A stretch of 63,989 nt of DNA, counting the filler, from Licmophora abbreviata (Eukaryota): assembly GCA_900291995.1 (NCBI GenBank). It is 9 parts of 9 records of this genome, joined end to end, with 100 filler letters (N's around TTAATTAATTAA, not from the genome) between each part and the next. Parts side by side here need not be neighbours in the genome. Positions count along the whole stretch, not along the records: positions 29,304 to 37,598 come from OLMU01000075.1; positions 37,699 to 45,764 come from OLMU01000076.1; positions 45,865 to 49,420 come from OLMU01000077.1; 6 more parts are not named here. One strand, written 5' to 3'. Within the stretch, counting starts at the first letter, position 1, and every line of letters starts with the position of its first letter. The translations under genes were made by a program, and so were the position numbers. Below the pieces are notes generated by a model. It was given only the letters and a program-made list of their open reading frames with translations, had not been told where the DNA came from and made no database searches. This document shows positions 33,168 to 45,906 of this stretch, one piece after another.

Positions 33168-35276
33168 TTAGTACCGGTACGCTGGCTGCTGCTGTTGTGG
33201 CTGTCCATATCCGCTGCCACCATAGGGGTTTTCGCCGCCGTGTGCGTACTGAGGTGCTCCTCCGCCTCCTCCTTGCGCGTACGGATCGCGGGGTGGTGGT
33301 GCCTGACCATACGGGTCGCCACCACCGCCACGACCATACGGGTCTCCTCCTCCTCCGCCGCCACCACCACGCCCGTACGAGTCTCCTCCTCCTCCGCGTC
33401 CATTCTGAGCATACGGGTCTCCTCCACCGGATTGGCGAACAGGAGCTGCCGTGTGAGCATTGTGGCCGCGATCGCGCTGCTGGGCCAACAAGACACGACG
33501 GATGCCTTCGTGAACAGGCTTGAGCTGACTTAGGTTGGGAGACGAGATTTTGATCGGATTCCTTGCGACCGGCAGGATCACAATGTATTTCCAGGGGTGA
33601 AGCTTGTTCTTGTACTTGACCATCTGGGGTCCTTGCCAGTCATTCTGAACACGGGCACCTTGCAAAGAGAACTGTTTGACCTTGACAGACACGGGGCGTC
33701 GTGCCTGCGTCTCAATCACGGCGATATCGTACTCAGACTAGAAGAGCAGCAGCAGGATCCCAGCTGATGTTAGACAACGCGCCAGCACAGAAGCAGTACA
33801 CACATATTAGACTCCGACAGCACTCACCTTCGATCGGTACATGTTCATCATCCAGGGCTGTGCGATAATGCCTCCAATCACAACGTACTTGGGCTTCCAA
33901 TCCTTGGCACTATTGGGCGCAGTCGTCTCTCGTGTATCGTACTTGACCATATGCTCGCCTTCGGCAGTAACAACGTCGGTAGGTGGCACGTAGAACAACA
34001 ATGGCAACGGACGAGGTCCTTCCTTGATGAGTCGCGAGGCTTCTTTCGGGTTCTTCACGTCAATACCGTTGACCTTCAGTAAGACGTGACCAAGTTCGAC
34101 ACCAGCCGAGCGAGCCGACGATCCCTCCACAATGAACGCCACAACAGGGCGTTCGTCGAGAGACTCGACCATCTCTCCTTCAGTATTGAGGAACAGAGAG
34201 TCAGTGAGTTCCTTGGGCTTGAAGAACATAACACCGAGTGTCGGAGTGAAGATCTTGGCATCGTACCACTCTCCACCGGGCGGAAGATTTCCATCCCCAG
34301 TGGAGGGTCTGGAGCCAGGCTCGGTAGGCTTCACGTCAATGTCAGGCGCTGGAGCATCAAAACCCATCTCCGCAAAGATGTCGTCCGCATTGGAGGCAGG
34401 AGGGGCAGCTGCCGGTTGCTGAGGGGGCATCTGCTGCTGCTGCATGAACGAATCGCCTCCGTATGGGGTGACAGCGGATCCAGCGACAGACGAGAGAGCA
34501 ACAGACGCCGCGACAGGGGGTGCAGGCGCAGCCGAGAAGACGGCAAACGGATCGGCGGGAGGAGGAGCCGGCGCAGCAGGAACGATAGCTCCCGCATCAG
34601 CCGGTGGCATACCTGGCATTCCAGTCGGAGCAGGCGCTCCCCAGGGGTCCGCGTATCCCTGCTGAGGTGGTACAGGAGCCGACTGCTGGGGCATCGGAGC
34701 GGGCGGGAGAGCAGCAGGCGGGGCACCATAGGACTCGAACGGATTCTCGCTCGGTGGTGCCGCCGGAGGAAGCGCAGGAGCCGGAGGCTGGCCATATCCA
34801 GCATACGGATTTGAAGGCGCATCCGACACAGTCATGGCATTTGTAGAAATAGGAGCAGCGGGGGCCAACATGCCAGCCACAGGAGGCGCTCCGAGAGCAG
34901 GCGGCTGAGCCGGAGGGGCGGCCTCGTATCCACCGAATGGATTTCCCGCGGGAGCCGGAGCCATCATGCTCGGTGGTGCGGGCGCAGACACAGTAGGGAC
35001 CATCGCCTGTTCAGGAGGCGGTGCACCGTAGGGGTTCTGCCCGTTCATGGCCGGAGGCGGCTGCGACATGGGCTGCTGCGGCATGGGCTGCTGCTCGATC
35101 GCACCACCGTACATTGGAGCCATTTGAGGGGGTGCACCGTAAGCAGTCTGCGGCGGAGGCGCTCCATATCCTTGCATGGGTGGGGGTTGCTGCATGGGCG
35201 GTTGAGCACCGTACGGATTCATGGTCTCCGTCGGACCGGTAGGGGCGGATCCAAACTGATCAAAAGGGTTCGACAT
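33168..35276 (-). CDS. Proline-rich PDZ and PH-like domain protein with Gly/Tyr-rich tail
   Basis: Pro/Ala/Gln-rich N-terminal half, PDZ (LGVMF...IVEGSSARSAGVELGHVLLKVNG), intron 33738-33827, PH-like domain (WKPKYVVI...), GGGDPYG tail. Confidence 0.75.
33220..33430 (-). repeat. Imperfect coding repeat encoding (G)nDPYG/DPYAQ units
   Basis: Recurrent ccatacgggtc/cctcctccg motifs on the + strand. Translation: GGGDPYAQNGRGGGGDSYGRGGGGGGGGDPYGRGGGGDPYGQ. Confidence 0.7.
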
Positions 35277-35883
35277 GGTCACACGCTAAACTCAACGCTG
35301 TTCTTCGGTATGCGTGATGATGTGTCGTGCGAAGCTCCGAATTTTCTTTCAAAAATCGGAAATCACAGCGGTCTCAAGCAACGATCTTCGCTTTTACAAA
35401 GTCTGAACGATGTAAGGCGACGATTAAAAACAGAATGAACTCTGAAAGGCAACAGAACAGTCTCAACAACACTGCCGCCGCTCGCCGATGATTTTTTGGT
35501 GGGAACCAACAGGATGACCACAGTGAAGGAATGCCTCTTGTAGAATCTACGCTGGAAATGTACTGTGAAAAAGGGTATCCGGAGGGATTTCCCTGACCTA
35601 AGATCTGTAGATATTAGTATGATCTTGCCCAACGCTCAACGGATAGGAGCTCCGGGTTCACAGATCTTTCACAAGATTCGGTCCGTCCGTCGTCGTTCCT
35701 CCAACGTATGGCATACTCCACGTGTAACGAACTGAGTGCGTATCGCGCGCCAACTTCGGAGGTTGGAAGATGCGAGTCACAGTCTGGGAGTTTGTTCCGC
35801 TCGACACAGTCACTCATCTGTCACTCTCACCCCTCAGATTTTGTTCTTCTTCTCTTGTTCTTCGATCTTCTTTGAGCAACACC

Positions 35884-38159
35884 ATGGTGCGGTCGTGGCG
35901 TGTTCTCCTGGTTCCAGCGATCGCGGCTGCATGGACCATAAAGCCGATGCTGTCTGTTCGTCAGCGGCGTCGATGGTCCGCCGGATTGAATACAGCATCG
36001 ATCATGATGCAATCCAGTGGCAGTAGCGGCGGCAACACTCCCCTTCAAGACATGGGCTTGAATGAACTTCAGACACTTCTGCGTCAGGCGGCTCAACGAC
36101 AAGACTTCAAAGAGGCTGGTGTGTACTCCGATGCGTTGCTGGAACGATTGTCCGGAAGTACTCCTCCGCTAACAGAAGAGGAGAAACGTGCTCGTCGGAG
36201 GCGAATGTCATGGAGAGGGCTAGGTGCGGCGCCTTGGCTGATCGATCGACTCGACAATTTAAACCTCACGTTTCCTACGACAATTCAAATCAACTCAATG
36301 GAAGCAGTGAATGCCATTCTGAACAACACTGATGACATGGTAGAGAATTCGTCTCTAGAAGAACGAATCGAAATGAACGACAAGGACATGGGCATCGTCG
36401 TCAGTGGTTCTACCGGCAGCGGAAAGACGCTTTCGTATCTAGTACCTCTTCTGTCGACCCTCAGTGACTCACTGTTCGTTCGTCAACGACTACGTGTGGG
36501 TGCAGAAGAGAACGTCGGAGACACTACCGACGGCTTGATGGAACGGGTTGCTGTAGTAACGTCGCCAGTGATACGTTCGAATGCTCGCAAGCAGATTCGA
36601 CAAAGCGGCGCCATTGCGACGGGAGCCGCCCTGAGCACGCTGGGAACGTCGGGCAGTGATGTGAAGAGTCCATTGGCGTTAATAGTTGTGCCGACGCGAG
36701 AACTTGGAGTCCAGATCGCCATGCTATTGTATCAGCTGGTCGGTGGAAACATCAAGAAGGCGTCAACCGAGATGGCAGGGAAGGCAAACATGTTCAAGGT
36801 ACGAGAACGGCAAACGGTGTGCATCCGTGCAGGGTGTGCAGGTCATCAAAAGGTGAACACTAATAGAAAAACGTTTTCTCTGTCGTTTCCTGGCAGTACA
36901 AAGGGCCCAAAGGAATCAAGATTGCATGTATTCTTGATGACGAGGAAGCTGAGTTTGGGTTGAAGTTGCAGACTGATATAGCCATCACCATGCCACAATA
37001 CTTGACGAAGCTCATCGCCGACGAGGATATCAATCCGTCCAAGCTGCGCGTCGTTGCTTACGACGAAGCAGATCTCGCGTTGGAACAGACGAAGGCCGAT
37101 GACCTATCTGTGCTGTTCGACGATGATCCAGAGGAGCGTGACTACAGTCGATTATCATTTCTCGTGGGAGCTAGTGTCACGGAGGCCCTTGGCAACCTAG
37201 CCGTGCGTTCTAGGGTTTTGCCACATGGCAAGAGCTACATTTCTACCGCTACGCGATTCGCGCCGCTTGATTCTTTCGTGGACGCTGCCCCCGAAATTAC
37301 CATGGAAGCTGCGACACGTACAGCAAAGGCGTCTCTGAAAGATCTGGATATTTGTCTCGATCCTGGGCTTCGACACGAACGAGTTATTGCTCCTCAAGGT
37401 ACAGGTCTACTCTGCCTAACGCGTCTGCTACGAAAAGAATTGCAGAAGTACGAAGATGCGGTAGCAACACGAAGTAACACAACCATGATTCAGCGTCCTC
37501 GGGTCGTGGTATTCTTTCCAAGCGAAAAGGAAGCGCAGGATTCAATTGAAGCGGTACGAGATGCCGTCTGGGGTCAGCACAAGGTCTGCGTACTCCTTNN
37601 NNNNNNNNNNNNNNNNNNNNNNNNNNNNNNNNNNNNNNNNNNTTAATTAATTAANNNNNNNNNNNNNNNNNNNNNNNNNNNNNNNNNNNNNNNNNNNNCC
37701 AACTCAGTGCGAGGCCTGGATTTCCCGGCACTGACTCACGTGTACACGTTGTACCTCCCACTTGATGATCCTCGAGAATATGTCCATCTCGCTGGACGTG
37801 TGGGGCGAGTGGGGCAGATGGGAAGTGTACGGGGCAGTGGGGGGCGAGTTGTTTCAATACTCAAAGAAGACGAGGCGAGCAAAATGGAGGAATTGGCACG
37901 AGAGCTGCAGTTTGAATTCGACGACGTTGCAGTGACAAGCGAGTCTCTCGATCGAACAGACGATGGATCTATCGACCTTGAAAAAGCGGACGTCGAACAA
38001 ATGAGGAGGATTCTTGAGGACACCATATCACTAGTAGACCTTGCCGAGGACCCTGAAGTTGAGAAAGACTCCAATGCCCTGAGCGATGGCAGCGCGTCGT
38101 CGCTAGGTGTCATTGATGTTGAAATCGAACAGGATGAAGAAGATCTTCCTTATCAATAG
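35884..38159 (+). CDS. DEAD-box RNA helicase, probably plastid-targeted
   Basis: Signal peptide ending AAA-W. Q motif FPTTIQ, GSTGSGKT, PTRELG, YDEAD, RGLDFP, YVHLAGRVGR. Intron 36799-36896; spans the spacer at 37599-37698. Confidence 0.88.
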
Positions 38160-38212
38160 TTGGTCATGTTAGCTTACTTCTACGACATAGTGGACTCAAC
38201 TGCTCCGCACAG

Positions 38213-39665
<1,453 letters not shown>

Positions 39666-40655
39666 CGTTCGTTACTTCTATTGCACCGCCGAGCAATGCT
39701 GTGTTGCTGTAAAGTGAATGCAACTTGCAGTTGTTCACGCAATAGCCTAACTCTCGTCGACGCGCGCGGTTCTCTCACGAAATCTGCAAGGTCGCGCACC
39801 GACAAAATACTTGTAGTCCTGAGCTCTCTCTCGAGCTCTGTTCCTGGTTGAAGCTGCAACCATCACCTCGACTGCTAACCAGTTGTTTCATTGCGATGAA
39901 CTGCTAGAGCAACTATGATAGACGGCATAGAGATGAGAATATGTTTCAATTTAATTGCGGTCCCGTAAAACTCAATTCACACGATCCTTGCTTCATCGGG
40001 TCGAGTACTCAGGCTACGCCGGACGCGACCATTCAATGGTGTGCCTTCCTTCCCTTCTGTGAAGCAGAAATGGCAAAAGCATTCGCGCTCTTTAGGATTC
40101 GTTTGAGATTCAGACCAGTCTTCTGGCGGCTCAGTCGAAGCGCGGACAAAAATGGCTGTAGCTACATTCATGACTGGCTCTTCCATTCCCCTACCGTCCT
40201 TCAGAAAGAGCAAACCAACACAGTTGTGAGGATACAATCAAATCACAAGGGCCTATGAGAACTCCCAAACAGAGGTGTTTCAGAAAAGCCATCGCTGTCG
40301 CTCCTCGATTTGCCTTTTTGGCAATTCTCGACGCGTTGCCATCACAAGGCGGTTGATGAGACCATGGGTGTGACGGCGGGCCTCTAATCTGAATGAAAAG
40401 TATGGTATTGCTCGGTATGAACGGACCAGGATGCGTGAATGTATAAATATTTGCTTCCCGGTTAGCTGGCCAAGCTTGGCTTCTTCTTGCGATAAATAGA
40501 GTGGTTCGAAGTCGATGGATCGTACATGGTACGCTTGGAACGAAAAAAACCTCACCTTTCTGTGAAATGGCCGCTTCTCAACAGAGCTGCGGACGCTCCT
40601 CCTGTAGAGAAATCGGTGTAATGATAAATTGCATCGCCATGCCACGATTCGCTCA

Positions 40656-40931
40656 TCAGGCGTTCACCGCGAGACTGTGCAAGTTCTTGACAATCTCTTC
40701 GTCCGCCTCCTCCTCACTCTCTTCGTCTTCTGGTAACTCTGGGAGATCCTCTTCTTCATAGATCACCATGATTCGTAATGTACAGGATGGACACTTGGCA
40801 ACGTCTTCTCCATCCCATAGCTCCTCGAGCGTGATTCGAAATTTGTCGCCGCACGGGCAGGGGTATGTGTAGATGAGTTCAGATTCGTCGTACTTCATAT
40901 CTTCGATCTCAATCTCTTCGTAGATCGACAT
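40656..40931 (-). CDS. DPH3: Diphthamide biosynthesis protein 3 (CSL zinc finger)
   Basis: [12 protein letters not shown]...[11 protein letters not shown]...CPSCTL. Confidence 0.93.
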   Translation of the reverse strand: MSIYEEIEIEDMKYDESELIYTYPCPCGDKFRITLEELWDGEDVAKCPSCTLRIMVIYEEEDLPELPEDEESEEEADEEIVKNLHSLAVNA

Positions 40932-41329
40932 GGTATGATAAGAGTAGACTACCGAGGAGTTACGAGAGAAGCAACGAGGATGGTGTCTATGGTCGTGGGC
41001 TGTCAGCGCTGATGTCTCCTTGTCATGTCTCCAGTCTTCTCCTTGTTGTTGTTGTTGTTGCTGTCGTCGGTCGTCGAGCGAGTTCGATTTTGAAGGCATT
41101 CCAATTTGAAGGGTGCTGCGCACACTATTTTCAGTGGATTGGGACCCATGACCCGATTGAGTTCTACGCAGCTCCTTAGTATACTTTGTACGATGTGTAC
41201 TTTCACTACTGCCAACGAACGTGAAGGTCATCCATCATCATTCCCGCCATCATCGTCACCAACCACCCTTCCCATTTCCGACCCGCGTCGCACTGATCAG
41301 TCGGTCCATCTTATCTTTGCAACGAAATC

Positions 41330-42065
41330 ATGGGAGACGACGCCGATTACCACATTGAGACCGTCGATGCTGGCGCCTCTGCCACCATCCCCATGGAGGC
41401 TGGTCAGATCAAGAAGGGAGGGTAAGAAACCGTTTGAAAATGGACACGAACGCGACCTGCGGAGCATTGTCAGTCGTCGCCACGTAGGTCTTGGTAGAAA
41501 CGCAACGCGTGACGCCCTCCTGGCCGCACAAGATTCTCGCTCGGGATGTGGCCAAACCTCGTGTCGGCATGGCAATGGCATTCGTTTTTGGAACGCTTCT
41601 TTATTGTCTGTTTGGCACTCATCGCACCCATCATGATCTCACTTTGCGTCCCCTTAAACTACACTACACAGATACATGATGATCAAGGGAAAGCCCTGCA
41701 AGGTCTTGAACATTTCCGTCTCCAAGACTGGAAAGCACGGTCACGCCAAGTGCAACTTCACCGCCACGGACATTTTCACCGGCAAAAAGTTGGAAGATAT
41801 GATCCCTTCCACGCACGGTACCACCGTCCCGATTGTCAACCGCTCCGACTGGGAAATCATTGACATTGAAGGCGAAGAACTTACCCTCATGGACGAAGCC
41901 GGAAACCAAAAGACCGACCTCAACCTCCCGGGATTCCCGGATACGCTTGCCGATGAGATTCGTGACGCTTGGAGTGATGGAGAGAACTCGGTTATGGTCA
42001 CGGTCCAGGCTGCTGTTGGAATTGAACAGATCATTTCCTACAAGAAGGAGAACCCCAACGCCTAA
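41330..42065 (+). CDS. EIF5A: Eukaryotic translation factor eIF5A
   Basis: Exon 41330-41421 (MGDD...DAGASATIPM...KKGG), intron 41422-41671, then IKGKPCK and the hypusine motif SKTGKHGHAK. Confidence 0.96.
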
Positions 42066-42455
42066 ATGCATGTGACGCGGAGAGTTGGTGGCTGTTTGAC
42101 TTTTACTATGGCGAGTGGTCGTTCGGGGCAGGTCGAGAGAAGCCGGCGGGAATGGAAAAAGTTGGAAGACAATGTAGTTGGAGTAGGAGGCTTTCTTGGA
42201 TGTAGGTTGGTGGTGCTGTGTGAGCATGGATTCGATGCTAGGCAGTGTTTGAGTGGTGTTCGATCGTCTACCCTGTGTCGTCGTAGCAAATAGATATTCT
42301 CGTAGACTTTCGTTAACCGTTTTTGTGGCAAGTTATCTGTAGTCGATGCAGAACCGTCCGATAATGTCGCCATGTACGCCATCGAGTGCATGATACAATG
42401 TTCGACACGAGATCCACAAGCGTCTCAGCAAGCACACCTGTTCCACACCACGATA

Positions 42456-43751
42456 TCAGTCCGTTTTGCTTGCTACATCGTTCCCGTAAAGACTGAGCTG
42501 CTCGTATTCATCGGCAGCAGTTAGTTTCTGAGCAGCCTCTTCATGTTTTCGTTGTCGCTCGATTGCGTCTTGTCCCAGGAGCTTCTCGAACAATTCCTTT
42601 TCGTGGTCCGACATGACGTAAGGAGAATACTCGGTGCCTGGAAAGGTGCCATCCTCGACGTCCGCCTTAAAGTCTTGTAGCCCCTGTTGAATCGTGTGTC
42701 CGACCTGCGCATATTGCTTACAGAATTTGGGCATGAATTGTTCGTGGTGAGGGTGCGATAGCATTCCAAGCATGTCGTGGAACACGAGTACTTGACCCGA
42801 CGTTCCTGGCCCCGCACCGATTCCAATCGTCGGAATTTCGAGCGTTTCTGTAATGGCTTTGGCTACATTCCCAGGCACACATTCCAAAACAATGGCAAAG
42901 GCTCCCGCATCCTGGAGGCGAAGCGCATCGTCCAAAAGAGCTCTGGCACGACTGGCGGTTCGTCCCTGTGCACGAAATCCACCAATCACACTAATGGCCT
43001 GAGGTGTCAAGCCTACATGTCCCATGACGGCAACTGCAACAACAGGAGAGAGTGCATCAGAGGTGAAACTGTGAACGTCTCAAGGCATCGCGTCGTTGAA
43101 ACCATCTTCGCACGTACCACCCCCCTCGACAATTTTCTTCACAGTCTCAGACCTCGCTGGGCTGCCTCCCTAAATTGAGAGCACCGATACCCGAGACATG
43201 TGAGGACTAGCGTATTAGCGAGGCACAAAGAGTTCCGGGGATAGATCAAATAGAAAACAAACCTCCAGTTTGACGGCATCCATGCCAGCCTCCTTCACTA
43301 ACCGATACGCGTTTCTCAACGCCACATCGGTATCATCATATTCATAGGACCCAAACGGCATATCGCCGACGAGAAGCGGCGACGGGCCAGCCAGTTCCAC
43401 TCCCCGCTTGACCGCTTGACAATGATTTATGATCTGGTCCAGAGTAATCGGCTGGGTCGTCTCATATCCTAGTTCGACCATGGCTGCCGAGTCTCCCACC
43501 AGCACTACATCGATTCCGGCTCGAGCGACATGCACCGCAGAGGGAAAGTCGTACGCCGTGACCATACTAATCTTGTGACCACGGCGCTTCTTGGATGTCA
43601 GCGACAGCGCAGACACTCTGGAGCTAAATGGTCGTCTGAATGCTGGAAAGTGCAACAGCGGGTAGTCGAACCCATGAGGCGGCGCCATCATCAATCTACG
43701 ATGCCCAAAACAACCCATTCTGATCATGCGACAAATCCCTTGAGTCGACAT
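42456..43751 (-). CDS. panB: 3-methyl-2-oxobutanoate hydroxymethyltransferase (ketopantoate hydroxymethyltransferase), probably mitochondrial
   Basis: MVTAYD, LVGDS, VGDMPFGSY, AVKLEGG, MGHVGLTPQ, PTIGIGAG, GQVLVFHD. Introns 43170-43262 and 43034-43117. Confidence 0.95.
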
Positions 43752-44124
43752 GGTGATTCAGCGCTTTGAGGGGTAGCAGTCGATGAAACCTCAAGGGAAA
43801 AACATGACAATGCTCAAAGTGAGTATGGTGATGATTTGCACGCCGCGATCTTTTAGGCGTCATCACATCAATCGAGGCGCGCGTAAAAATTAATAATGAA
43901 TTTCAAATGCGGTTACTGTATCACGTGGCCTCGAAAAAAAACCCGCGCTCTCTTCGCGACTCATGGCATCACTCAGTTTTCCAACAACAAAAAATGCAGA
44001 TAACTACACGAAGCAAATGTAGCACAACAAGTGGGCTGGTCAACAGTCTTACGCTTCGCCCACGAGCTTCTTAGTAGGTTAAGTGTTGATAGGGAGGTAA
44101 GTATATTATAAAAAGACAATTCTG

Positions 44125-45135
44125 CTATTGCTTGTTTCGTTCCTTTTCCGCTTTTGATCGTGCGACATACTCAGCATCGTCACGGTTCTCGTAGTAGTCC
44201 AGTCTAGTGTCGTGATAGACATAATCGTTTGTATTGAGATCCAAAGCGCCCATATCTATGCTGCTCTTCATCGAGTTGTGTATCCATACAGTCTCCCCGC
44301 TGTTTGCCTTCAGCAGCTTCAGGACTACGTACCCGTTGCTCGTCAATGTCTTTTCGAGCTTGTCGCTTGGTCTCTCGACGGTCAACACGTTCAGCTGGTA
44401 CTCATCAAACGGAAATACATTCATAATAAAATCTTCCGCGCCTTCTACATCCAGCGAAAGGTAATCAATCACTTTGGGTGTGCCGAAACGTCGAAAGATG
44501 TCGCGCAATGTCACTGTGTAGCGCATGTGATCTTCGTTGAACCGACTCGGAGCCTTGTTGTCAAAGCGCTCTCCAACAATGCCCCCTTTTGGTCCCGCCC
44601 GGTTTGGAAATTTGAATGCTACCTCTTCCATGGTCTGTGCTCCCACAACGGCGCCCACAGTGTGGCACGTTCTATACGATAGACCGGCCCAGTAAATTGG
44701 ATTCGGTTCAAGACACAGTCCGTTCCACCCATAATGCGTCTCCAGAGCGTATGTATTGCTAATTTTGACGGGATCATTCGCTGCCAAGTCGACAAAGTAC
44801 CCATTTCGTTTATACCGCAAGAGCTTGGCAATAAACTCATCCTGTCGTACTTGCGAGAACCATCGTACACTCGAGAAATAGTCGGCCGGAATGGCACTGT
44901 TATCGGCAATGTGACGCGCGTCTCCGTAGAAGACGTGAATCTGATTCCATCTATCGGCTGTGCTCGTTTCCCCCCGTAGAAGGTTGTCATGTGTCGTGGG
45001 AAACGCTTGTGGTGCAAAGAGGGTGCAACAAACGATGGCTGACAGGAGAGCGCCGACTGCGACACCCAACGCGAAATATAGGACACCTATTCTATGGCGG
45101 TGCTTTTTCAGAAAGCTCGTCGATGTGTTGACCAT
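44125..45135 (-). CDS. FkbM-family (Methyltransf_21) SAM methyltransferase, type II membrane-anchored
   Basis: N-terminal TM, SQVRQD, GYFVDLAAND...SNTYALE...W.GLCLEPNP, IDYLSLDVEGAE. Confidence 0.88.
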   Translation of the reverse strand: MVNTSTSFLKKHRHRIGVLYFALGVAVGALLSAIVCCTLFAPQAFPTTHDNLLRGETSTADRWNQIHVFYGDARHIADNSAIPADYFSSVRWFSQVRQDEFIAKLLRYKRNGYFVDLAANDPVKISNTYALETHYGWNGLCLEPNPIYWAGLSYRTCHTVGAVVGAQTMEEVAFKFPNRAGPKGGIVGERFDNKAPSRFNEDHMRYTVTLRDIFRRFGTPKVIDYLSLDVEGAEDFIMNVFPFDEYQLNVLTVERPSDKLEKTLTSNGYVVLKLLKANSGETVWIHNSMKSSIDMGALDLNTNDYVYHDTRLDYYENRDDAEYVARSKAEKERNKQ

Positions 45136-45906
45136 CGTCGCGGACAGAAAATATCTTGGATAGCCCTTGTGTTCTCAAACTAGCAAGAAGAAGAGTCCCA
45201 GCGCCGCACTGTTGCGTTCATCATCATGGTCGTCGCATTCATTTGAAATTGACGCCGGATTTTGATAGCTTTTGACATTCTGGATTGTTTTTGATTTTCC
45301 CAAAGATCCAATCTACGTACGTATCTAAGTAAAATGTACATGCGCGATCAGCAGTACTGAATTCCAGTTTAGATTCATTGAAATTTGGCTCACAAAACTT
45401 CGTGCGGGATCCATCCTTTCGGCCTGTGTGCTTTACTTCTGCGAGATTGTGACTCGTGCGCGGCAGAGTCGCGCCTCCTATGGGTTGTAGTAGCAGTAAA
45501 GACTCGGTATCGGGGCCAGTATCGGGAGGAACCGTGCCACTGACGTCCAGAAGCTTTACCGACAGAGAGTCCAACGCGGCTATGGTGAGTTTGAAGTCTG
45601 CTTGATTGTTATCAGTTTCTGTTGTTCGTGAGACACGTCATCACACGTAGGAACACGGTCTGCTCGTGGGCGGTGTACCATTCTCTACGTGTATCTCGTT
45701 TTGGATCTTGCACAAAAGTTCATCACAAAGACTTGAAGGGACAAATGGACATCGTGAGAAGAACNNNNNNNNNNNNNNNNNNNNNNNNNNNNNNNNNNNN
45801 NNNNNNNNTTAATTAATTAANNNNNNNNNNNNNNNNNNNNNNNNNNNNNNNNNNNNNNNNNNNNAAGAACACCTTGACTTCTTGCGGATTTCATTGACTT
45901 TCCACC

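Noticed and set aside
45239..45620. Minus-strand 111-aa ORF upstream of the FkbM gene
   Set aside because: No ATG, no recognisable motif, and adjacent to a spacer. It could be a gene fragment but is unsupported.
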